A stretch of DNA of 64,000 nucleotides from Tubiluchus corallicola. Its lineage: Eukaryota > Animalia > Priapulida. The position numbers were made by a program, and so were the translations under genes. The stretch covers positions 1-64,000 of the forward strand of contig JAQGDQ010000540.1 of assembly GCA_030141605.1 (NCBI GenBank). The letters run 5' to 3'. Numbering within the stretch: position 1 is the first letter of the stretch; each line of letters begins with the position of its first letter. The notes beneath the pieces are model-generated. The model was not told where the DNA came from. It searched no databases and was given only the letters and a program-made list of their open reading frames with translations. Shown here piece by piece: positions 55,701 to 64,000 of the stretch.

Positions 55701-58700
55701 AGTCCTCTAATTATTGATTTGGTTAACTTGATTACATTATTACTTTACCTTTATTATTTTTTTGCAATTAATGAATTACTCATCATTCGTTTTGTTTTAG
55801 TTTGATTCACTTCATACTTAACCATTTTTGGTTTATTATGTTACTTACAAACCTTTTGCTGTCCCCAAAATTGCATTCTTTTGCTTAGATTTATGTATTT
55901 AACTTTATTCTATTATTTTTGTTTTTTTGACAATTTGTACTATTTTTTTCTTATTTGATTTTCTTAACTGCAGCATCACCGTTTATTTTTAATATACCTA
56001 TCCATCTATATGAAAGGGGAGGAGACTAGTATGGTCCCTCCCTGCCCTGCTCCATGATTACAATTATTTAATATTTAACTAAAACTATTGCTGTGAAACT
56101 ATACGGAGAAAATAAATGTTCTATATGTATGTCTATGTCTATGCTTAAATAAAGTAAGTTCCGCACATCGCGCACGTTACTGCTGCAAGATGCACCTTGC
56201 CCCAGATTCCTGATGCAGGTGAATGCGTACCGGAACTTTTTAAATGTAATTACTAATTATAATCAAGGACTATAGTTTAAGTTTTAAAACAACAACAGCG
56301 TACAATAATCATATATCGGTTTGCATAACTTCGTCTTACGGCTATGCTCGACAGGAAGTGACATAATATCATTTCCTCATAAAACAAAATTCCTTATAGG
56401 CTCAGCGTAACCAGGATGTGACAGGTTATATTCCTAACAGCACGCGACAGTTATTGCGCACAATAAAACCATAATATTGGTCTACAGCAAACTACAAACA
56501 TTCTGCAGCCAGAAAAATAATCAGCGGAAAGTTATTTCATCAATAATTGCAAAATCGATTGCAGCAAGTGGACTCTGCATTAATTACACCGGTGATAATT
56601 AACACAATAAGTTCTGCTAACCTAATGATAATGTGTTAATGGTATTCTTTGTTAATACACGAAAGCATAAGAGTGACAAATGATAATATAAATGATAGAA
56701 AATAGCTTTTTACAAAACAGTTGTGCTGTTTGTCAACAGAAAAATAACTTCAATTCTTTTACAAAATGGTTAAGAAAGGTAATGCAATCCCCAGTATCAA
56801 AGTATAGGTTATTCGTCAATTGTCATAAATGGGTTCATATTAAAATGAGTACATATTAAAAATCAATGTAGTTAACAAGTTTTAAAATAAATCCACCTCC
56901 ACAAATCGTATGTTTCACGATTACTTTTCTTAACCAACCGCCCACCCCTTAAAATAATGCACCCATGCAACCTACACATGTGCGTTCCATTACTATATGT
57001 CGCAGAATTACTATTTCGCAGATGCGCAACGCGTTGAGGCTGGTAGTTCTGAGTCTCTTCTGAACTACTGTAGATTAGGGAAGCCTTAGTTCAACATTAG
57101 TCAGTCACTGGTTCTCATTTAAATCGGAATTTGAAATTGCACTCAGCACTAGTGAGCGTTGTTGAAATATATACGGAATTTCAGTCTTCAAATTACATAT
57201 TTTGATTCCTTTAAATATCATTAATTTACTCCCACAATTTTTTCATTTGTTATTTTTCTCTTTATTTTTGTTATTACCGTTATATTATTTAATCTCACTC
57301 TCAGTTTATGTAGTTATAAGTATGCGTATAGGTAATGCATGTATATATGTATAGACATATTTGCATTTTTATTGAATTAATGTCATTATAGCTTTGCTTA
57401 ATTGTTGTTGGCACAATATTAATGTTATATATATATATCTATATATATATATATCTTTATTTGACATAAAATAATGATAATATACACCATACAATGTATA
57501 TCATCATATCCTCATATCAGTCAGTGATTGCCTGGGCTACACTGCTAATAGGTAAATGCGTCTGGTGCAAAAAATTAAAACTACGAGAGCAGTAAGGGTG
57601 TATAAAAAAGACACAAGTAATAAAGTAAAAAATGATATTAGCTGCAGCAAAATACTCCTATCTAAAAAAAACTAAAGCACACTTTTACAAATACAATCTC
57701 ATATAAAATAATACATATCACAGAGGAAACTATACACACGTACCTTGATATAGACACAAAACCATCTCACCGTACAATTAGACATTCAAACAGTACAATA
57801 ATTTGTGTTTATATGTAAAGCAATAGGCCAAATATCGGATATATACATACATGTTACTAACATCCAGTTAGAGGTGACTGACTGCGTGACCATATGGTCT
57901 TTTGTCGCCTCAGCTCGTATTTATTTGTATAATATGCACTATCATTTTAATTACTGTATTACGTTTGTGAAGCTAAATAAATTTACTATTACTATTACTA
58001 AATTATTGAAGGATCATTAAAATTGGCGAATTTCCAAATTTTCATTTAACAACGGTAAATTGTTTATGCATACTCTTTCCTACACTTATTAGTGTCCTAC
58101 CCTTTTTTATGAATTAACTCCATGAAACCAGCAGGGACTGGTTTGCCTTCAAAAAGTAGAAAGTTTTGATTACTAAGTGTCCAGTATAATATTTTTAGTC
58201 ACAGGTTAATTTATATCATAAAACCTTTTTAAAAACAGAATGTAGTCCGAGGTTGTGACAAAGTTTGACAAAAACTTTGTGAAGTTTTATCTTAACAAAA
58301 GCAACTGAGGAAGATGAACGTAGATGAGCAACATAATATTATTTACTGTATTGCAATATGATTAAAATTACCATAAATATCTTCTGACTAACCCCAAGGG
58401 TACTGATTTTACTTTGAAAAAAATGAAATAAAACAATATACTATACGGTCTATACCTCAATTTAATTAGCCAAATTTTATTCAAGTAAATTACACCGAAC
58501 TGTTGCACGAAAAATGCAAATATCTAACAAATCAATTTGTTTAAAGTAAAAATGCTGCAAAAACGTGCAAGAGACTAATATAGTATATTAAAGGAAAAGT
58601 CAAATCTCGTGGGAAGTTGCGTTTATTCTAATGTCTGTGAAACATATTAGAAAGTTTCGGCAGTAAAATTGTGATAAGCGCCTTGTGTGATTAGTAAAAT

Positions 58701-60008
58701 CAGTTTAAAGTAGCTGTCAGTTCATGCTTAGGCATGCTCATTTTGAATGAAAAATGGCATCATCTGATTACTATGTAGTATAAATGCTTATTCTTCCAGG
58801 TGCTTCAGTAAATTTTTTTGGCAACTACAGTTACTGTTATGAACTATGAAGCGATCCGAAACGAGAGATTATTATTACTATTTTTTGCTTTTTCATGAAT
58901 CCCACTACCCATTATATAATGAAAATCAACAATAATATAATATCCATCAACTCAGCTGCAGTTAATGCCAACAAAGTAAAGGATAATTATTTTAGCAAGC
59001 TAAAACTGAAATCTATAGCCTAAGTAACCAGTCCGGTACCTACTGTATTCCCACAGCCTCAAAGGATTATCTGTAATTATATTGTGTAATACTTAATATT
59101 TTGAGGTATAATTTTGTGGATTAAGGCTAATTGACCTGATGGCTAATTTTATGTAAACACAGTTAAACACAAATACATAATGAGTTAGCATAGCTAGAAG
59201 ACTTTTGTTACTCGTGCCTACGTTCTGTCCATTAACTTACATCATCTTTTCAAATATGGCTGCAGCAAGCTTTGTTTGGCGGGAGACGAGAACGATTTAA
59301 ATTTCTTTTGCATTTTTAAGCAAGGCATTTTGTGTGCATATGTTATGCGGTAATTTCAATATTTCTAAGTGCACATTCAAATACAATGAATGTTGTTCAA
59401 GAGTTGGTTTATCCTTGAGACACAATGCATGTCAATTTTATAAAGTCCTCTCGCATGACAGGCCTTCCCAATTAGGCATTTAAACATGCATGTATGTGCA
59501 AGATGTTGATGACTAACTGTTTTGGCACGTATTTTGCTTAAACCAGTAATGTATAAGAAGAGCTGTGGATTATGATCAAAATAATACATACACATATACA
59601 TCTAAGAAGCTAGACTATGACTTTTAAGTTAATGTGCACTTTTATTTCAAATGTGAATAAGATGTTCCGGGAGGGGGAGAGGGTGATTGTATGCGTTGTA
59701 TATAGTAGTGCGTGTTTTACTCATTTTTTAATACAATGCTGTCTTTTATTTTTATTTTATTTAAACAAGGACTGTTTTATATACAAAAAATTCCGAAATA
59801 AAAGTTTAAATTCAAAATTCATTTTAACTCTCTAACGTAAGAAAGCTAAAGTTTAAGTTTTTCACTTACCTAAATCTTCCACAAGTTTGAACATGACCCC
59901 ACCAATGTGTAGATCACCCATTACACGAAGTGTACGTGAAACATCCAAATCTGTCACATAGATGGTGAGCTCCCAGCTCCCATCTATGAGACGCCCGTCA
60001 GCCATCAT
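35379..60008 (-). CDS. FERMT: Kindlin / fermitin family (UNC-112-related) FERM+PH integrin co-activator, 683 aa (718 aa with cassette exon)
   Basis: complement(join(35379..35558,36241..36351,37056..37202,37985..38200,38773..38879,39291..39415,40853..41031,42866..42973,44918..45020,46054..46277,[49752..49856],50401..50570,51585..51827,59870..60008)); phases consistent. Signatures [81 protein letters not shown]. Confidence 0.97.
36241..36351 (-). CDS. FERMT: Kindlin exon (F3 PTB-like, integrin-binding)
   Basis: [37 protein letters not shown]|GTAAGT. Confidence 0.96.
37056..37202 (-). CDS. FERMT: Kindlin exon (F2 into F3)
   Basis: [49 protein letters not shown]|GTATTA. Confidence 0.95.
37201..37326. 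repeat. 28-31 bp tandem repeat that copies a kindlin splice acceptor 5 times
   Basis: CTGTAAAAGACAATCAATA(T)TGTGTAA units starting at 37203, 37234, 37262, 37290, 37318. Confidence 0.95.
37985..38200 (-). CDS. FERMT: Kindlin exon (end of PH, F2)
   Basis: [36 protein letters not shown]|GTATTT. Confidence 0.96.
38773..38879 (-). CDS. FERMT: Kindlin exon (PH domain)
   Basis: [35 protein letters not shown]|GTAAGT. Confidence 0.95.
38995..39205. repeat. Diverged tandem duplication, about 105-bp unit, kindlin intron
   Basis: GCAC(G/A)CTTAA(T/A)GCTCAA(T/C)TGCAGAGAA..TTAGTCAAAGA twice. Confidence 0.8.
39291..39415 (-). CDS. FERMT: Kindlin exon (PH domain)
   Basis: [26 protein letters not shown]|GTTTGT. 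Confidence 0.95.
39961..40439. mobile_element. hAT-type MITE with exact 8-bp TSD
   Basis: TTTAGAGA|CTGTAGCGGAT ... ATCCGCCGCTG|TTTAGAGA; internal 15-bp repeat GTTTACACAATTTAA x4 at about 40146-40205. Confidence 0.9.
40853..41031 (-). CDS. FERMT: Kindlin exon (F2 into PH)
   Basis: [37 protein letters not shown]|GTAAGA. Confidence 0.95.
42866..42973 (-). CDS. FERMT: Kindlin exon (F2)
   Basis: [36 protein letters not shown]|GTAAAA. Confidence 0.95.
43130..43454 (+). mobile_element. LINE ORF2 3' fragment with zinc knuckle
   Basis: [26 protein letters not shown] fits the C-x-C-G..ET..H....CP tail of non-LTR ORF2s. Confidence 0.7.
44918..45020 (-). CDS. FERMT: Kindlin exon (end of F1)
   Basis: [34 protein letters not shown]|GTAAAG. 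Confidence 0.95.
45425..45495 (-). mobile_element. Degenerate tRNA-like head, probable SINE
   Basis: Minus strand: TAGCTAATGGTGG (A-box-like)..CTGTAAA..GGGTTCAAACCC (B-box-like); no intact cloverleaf. Confidence 0.4.
45562..45881. mobile_element. hAT-type MITE with exact 8-bp TSD
   Basis: GAATCTAT|CAGTGGCATAGCTA ... TTGGCTGCACCCCTG|GAATCTAT. Confidence 0.9.
46054..46277 (-). CDS. FERMT: Kindlin exon (F1 loop)
   Basis: TTTACAG|GCA; [31 protein letters not shown]|GTAGGT. Confidence 0.92.
49752..49856 (-). CDS. FERMT: Probable alternative cassette exon in the kindlin F1 loop (35 aa)
   Basis: ATGTAG|GGT..ACC|GTATGA; 105 nt, phase 0-0, open: [35 protein letters not shown]; more GC-rich than flanking intron. 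Confidence 0.55.
50401..50570 (-). CDS. FERMT: Kindlin exon 3 (F1 and start of basic loop)
   Basis: TTTCAG|GC; [28 protein letters not shown]|GTTTGC. Confidence 0.9.
50971..51293. mobile_element. MITE carrying degenerate TTAGGG repeats, split by a second insertion
   Basis: TIRs GTTTGCAATTCCCCATA / TGTGGGGAATTGTAAAC; TTAGGG-like runs at 51025-51086 and 51235-51257. Confidence 0.75.
51585..51827 (-). CDS. FERMT: Kindlin exon 2 (F0/F1)
   Basis: TTTTTAAG|CT..; [30 protein letters not shown]|GTAAGT. Confidence 0.93.
52055..52995. mobile_element. Relative of the 3565-4622 element, containing a (CT)n tract at 52609-52704
   Basis: 52317-52376 matches 3656-3715 in the same orientation; 52740-52990 matches about 4105-4370 inverted. 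Confidence 0.75.
53095..53320. repeat. About 15-bp periodic motif array (TGTCYAAATGTCCT), transposon subterminal type
   Basis: Repeated AAATGTC core; ends TTCACACC. Confidence 0.6.
54029..54413. mobile_element. Tc1/mariner-type MITE, about 385 bp, kindlin intron
   Basis: TATATCGGGTGGCGCAGAAAAATGTG ... CACATTTTTTGCGCCACCTGATATA. Confidence 0.88.
58588..59418 (+). mobile_element. Kolobok-like non-autonomous DNA transposon, copy 2
   Basis: TTAA|AGGAAAAGTCAA ... GTTGGTTTATCCT|TGA; homologous to 26907-27888. Confidence 0.75.
59870..60008 (-). CDS. FERMT: Kindlin coding exon 1 (F0); exon extends to an acceptor at 60051, so a non-coding exon lies further upstream
   Basis: [47 protein letters not shown]|GTAAGT; upstream TTTTGACAG| at 60052. 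Confidence 0.95.
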
Positions 60009-60672
60009 TTTGAAGGGTTGGCTAGGTTACAGAATCCGTGTAAAAATACACCTGTCAAAATAATAAGATAAAAGTATACTACAACCAGTGATTAAAATTC
60101 AAGGCACAATTTTAAATTTCATTTTTTTAAATTGCTGTAAATAGGCTACATGTGCCACCACTTTAGTTTAACTTAGTTTGACTACTCACTATGCACAGTG
60201 AGTGGTCTCAAATTTCCGTCAAAAGCTCCCATCCTGTGAAACGGTCATTTGTCAACTAATGCTATGTTTAAGCTATACAACAGAAGCACTTTGCTGTGTT
60301 CAGCTTTGCATACAACACAATATACATTTCCTTACAGTCAGTTATTATTGTCACTGTCATTGCAATATTGTATCAGGTTAATCTGTAAACGTGTGAAAAT
60401 ATTGGAATTATATCAGATTGGGAAAAAGCTATCTGAACAATACTAATCTAGGTGCAAGCAGAACGGAATTCACAAAATGAGAACTCAACGAATATCTCGG
60501 TCATAAAAAGGATGGAAGCATAATTTCACAACCAAGTTAACTAATTAATGTAGCTAAAACGTATTAAATTTTAACCAGATAGTACAGTACTGCAAATTCA
60601 CAATAAGAACCAAAATAATTTTACAAGACAGTAAAATAATATTCCCAAGTTTCAGCACCTAGTCTTTTTACC

Positions 60673-60719
<47 letters not shown>

Positions 60720-61320
60720 CAAGCAAGAATCTTTATTAATCACCTTTTTTACAAGAAAAACACAGATCATGAAACGATAATAAAATACAAAGTGACAAAA
60801 TTATTAAATGAATAAATTATCTGAGTTAATGATATGCAAGCGATTGGTGAAAGGGTGGCAAAAAACTAAAAGTTACCAAAGTATCACTGCTACTTAAATA
60901 AATGTTAACTAGTGCGAGTTCAAATGAAAAGGCATATTGGCCTGGACAGCATACCAGCAACAGATCATTAACACACTATCCAAAACAACCTTGGTACAAT
61001 ATATCAAGTTTAAGAAAACATAACCCGAGTTCGATCAGGCAAATCAATTACAAAATACTTTTGACGAATAAAAATCGCACGAAAATCTTAGAAAACCACC
61101 ACTAACATAACAAATTCTTTGACTGACAACTTCCTCCTTTAATGGGCGTTGTCAAAGCGCCATCTGGTAATGTTTTTCTCAAACTTCTATGACACATTCC
61201 GCGCCTCAGGAAATTCCATACCGCTAAGCATTTGAAGTCATGAACAGTATATACACTTCTAAAAGTCTTTTAGGACACACTAGAAGATGGGAGATGAGGC
61301 AAATGATTAGTTAATTTTAA
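60673..61320 (-). mobile_element. (AAGT)n microsatellite (60673-60727), probably the 3' tail of a decayed L2/CR1-like LINE on the minus strand
   Basis: Repeat is followed at once by TCTTTATT (minus-strand AATAAA); minus-strand FKCLAVWNFL at about 61207-61237 resembles LINE ORF2 ends. The microsatellite is certain; the LINE origin is inferred. Confidence 0.5.
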
Positions 61321-61399
61321 GATAAAAACAACTCACTAATTGGTGATGGTATTGACGGTTACGATTATAGGCCTACAAGGAAACCATACGGAGTGTAGG

Positions 61400-61862
61400 T
61401 ACAAGCTAAAAATGGTTAGGTTTGCAGACAGGAAAGGTTTTCACGACGGGCCTAACCGAAATCGCAATTCAGTAAATAAGGTGTGGGTAAGATTAACAGC
61501 TCCTTCAGATTAGCGAGCTTTCTGTCGCGTTTTTCTTTCTGACGCTAAACTCGCAAGTTAACTGCTTTGCGAGTCACTCTTGCCAATTTATTATATACAC
61601 TCCGACAGTTACTGCGAAACGATTTCCTGCGAACCTCTGTGTAGCGTCGACCAAGGCCCTTCAAAAGACTTGGTGTGAACGCTTTAGCGAGTTACTCTCG
61701 ACACTTCTCGCAGTGAATAAAGAAGGGACCCTCAGCTTGCACTTATTATCGAAGAGTAACTCGCGGCAACTTTTGCCCTCTAGTCTGGACACGCTTGCGA
61801 ATTACTTATTGAGTTTGCGAGGCTCGCAAAATTAAGTTGTCCATTTATTAATTTAGCTTGTA
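61400..61862. mobile_element. Probable MITE with short TIR and many CTCGCAA/TTGCGAG motifs
   Basis: TACAAGCTAAA ... TTTAGCTTGTA; internal ACTCGCAAG..TTTGCGAGT inverted pair. Confidence 0.5.
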
Positions 61863-62190
61863 TTTTTCTTTTTTTAGTTTTTGCTACCTATACCTATATT
61901 TGCCACCTATACGTGCAAAACTTTACTTTTCAAACGTCGGATCAGTTCTTTTTATTGCTTTTCTAGGTTAATTAAAGTAGGCTGTGTCTGATGATGGCTG
62001 CAAAGAGGTCGAAACGTACTGAATATTTTTATTTATTTATCAATTTATTTCAGCTTAAAGTCATACACAAGTATATACACACATGCAATACATATTACAT
62101 AAATCTAAACTATGGCATACAATGTAACCGTGATCAATGTACAAAAATCACATCAAATTAGTGAACTGTGACTGTGTCAAAAACTGTGGT

Positions 62191-63012
62191 AAGATTCTGC
62201 TTCTGTAACATGAGGCGCTTTAAATGACAGCTTTTGTTTTGTATTTACAAATAAAAATTCTTTTCAAAATAATTAATAACACTGTATTAGGTTAACTATA
62301 AGTATGGTTGTATTTGTCTCATCGAGACCTTTCATTTGATGAACTACAACTTATGCTATTGCTCAACATAAGAAGCCATTCGTATTTCTGGCTCGCAAAT
62401 TCATTTTTTTGTCCTCTAGTGGGGTTAGTGCTTGACCAGTCTAGGCTTAGGTCATAGCATTCAATTCGTCTCATCGAGACCTTTCATTTGATGTATTATA
62501 AGGTATTAAACCCGGAACTTCCATTTTACCAGTGACCTCGGGGTCAAAAATCAACAAATGCGGGCATGACTTATACCACTCAGTTAATCTCACTGATACT
62601 TTTCATTTGATATACTACAACTTGACACTAAAGCATTTGTCCCCAGACCTTCAGATTTTGGTTTTAGACCCCTAGCGGAAAATTTTCACATACGCAAATG
62701 GCCCATATTCAGTCGCGCATAGGATCTCGACCCCACCACGTACGAAAATGCGGCCCTAGCTCAAAACTGTTAGACGAGTTCCAGCCTAACGAAAAGCCAA
62801 TAAGCTCTGTTCGTTCCGTTACCTTTGACCCAGGTGTGACGGTCATGTGTCAGCATAAATCCCCCTACCTGGAGAGTGTGCCCTGTGAGTTTCATGAACC
62901 TAGCCCTGCGCTTATGCGAGTTATTGAAGAAAAAAAAAGGCGTAAGTAAATAATAAAAATAAATAAAAACCGTGAGTAAGTCAAGAAGATTCTGCTATAA
63001 GCAGCGTCTTAA
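62191..63012. mobile_element. Helentron/DINE-1-like non-autonomous element
   Basis: AAGATTCTGCT at 62191 and 62986; terminal hairpin AAGATTCTGCT-ATA-AGCAGCGTCTT; three internal TCTCATCGAGACCTTTCATTTGAT-type repeats (about 62317, 62469, 62588). Confidence 0.6.
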
Positions 63013-64000
63013 TTAGTTACTAGTGTAAAAAATTATATACAAAGTAAAAGTTATCGTATACGCAGAAGTTGTATAATTGGACCTGATAAAAGCACCTGCG
63101 GCAGTGCAACACGAACTTTGATCTGTCTCGTACGTCAGACAGATTCATAAAACCCTAATAATGAAATTATTACTCCTATCATTGATTGTAGACCCGATAC
63201 CATAAGAAGCTTTTCTTCTTATAACGGCGAAATGTGGTATACGGTTCATTTCACATATAAATGATGCTCTAGTACCACATTCATAATTACAAATTTTTCT
63301 TACAGCAGTATTATACGCAGATCTAAGTTTACAAATCTTTTACAGATTAAATTTAACCCATAAACTAGAACACTAGAACTGAATACAATATGTGCAAAAC
63401 CGTCACCAAATATCTTAATAATACAATAAATGGCACTTTAATTATGTTTAAATTATAGCGTTCCTGTTACTTGTTTCTCATCAAACAAGACTGTAAATTT
63501 GCAATTTCGAAAATATGGTACCCAGACCTACAAGTACGGGATGCGCTTTTTTGCTATCTGATACAAACTTTTCCGTTAGTTGTAAGCCTTATTGTTCAAG
63601 TAAGAGGAAACTCAGAAATGAACTAAATTTACGCCACTTCTGTCTTCTTTGCCTTAAAAATGAAATTCATTATTTCGTGAGCTGACAAAAATTGACAAAA
63701 AATTATCGAAAATTGCGACAGATTCATAGAATTTAAATGCTGGGGAAAATGCAGCTCCTTTTCGAGTCTAACTGTAACACGTAGATTAACAGTAAGCCAG
63801 TAAATCTGTAACGCTAGAAAGCCAATGTTTACTGTCTAATATTTGCCTTACTATCAATTACTTTTTGCTGAAAAGGCTATGAGTGTTTGTTTTGTCAAAG
63901 TTCGAAAACAATAAAATGATACGTAAAGTTTCAGTTTAATCTCTGCTATTATTGTAAACCGCCCAAGGACAGATTTTGGTAGTGTAGACCTATGATACTC

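Noticed and set aside
56325-56334. ATAACTTCGT resembling a loxP arm
   Set aside because: Only 10 bp with no second arm; chance match.
62698-62949. 83-aa plus-strand ORF
   Set aside because: Lies inside a non-autonomous repeat and has no recognisable domain.

Overview
AT-rich, intron-rich eukaryotic DNA from an invertebrate animal (exact taxon not determinable here). Two spliced genes can be rebuilt by hand with consistent GT-AG boundaries and phases, and they converge tail to tail. (1) Plus strand, 20561-32341: six coding exons, about 521 aa, a type II membrane protein with one 8-Cys WSC domain and a sulfotransferase domain (WSCD1/WSCD2 family). (2) Minus strand, 60008-35379: kindlin/fermitin/UNC-112, 13 firm coding exons plus a probable 105-nt cassette exon (683 or 718 aa). 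The 5' end of a possible third gene lies on the minus strand at about 1.4-2.4 kb. Introns and intergenic DNA hold many small non-autonomous DNA transposons (hAT-type with exact 8-bp TSDs, Tc1/mariner-type, Kolobok-like, Helentron-like, and one carrying TTAGGG), decayed LINE fragments, a probable solo LTR and microsatellites. Most ORFs in the supplied track are spurious. I found no clear new multi-gene system. The most unusual features are a five-copy tandem array of a kindlin splice acceptor, the candidate cassette exon in the kindlin F1 loop, and divergent features of the WSCD enzyme. All coordinates and alignments were read by eye.
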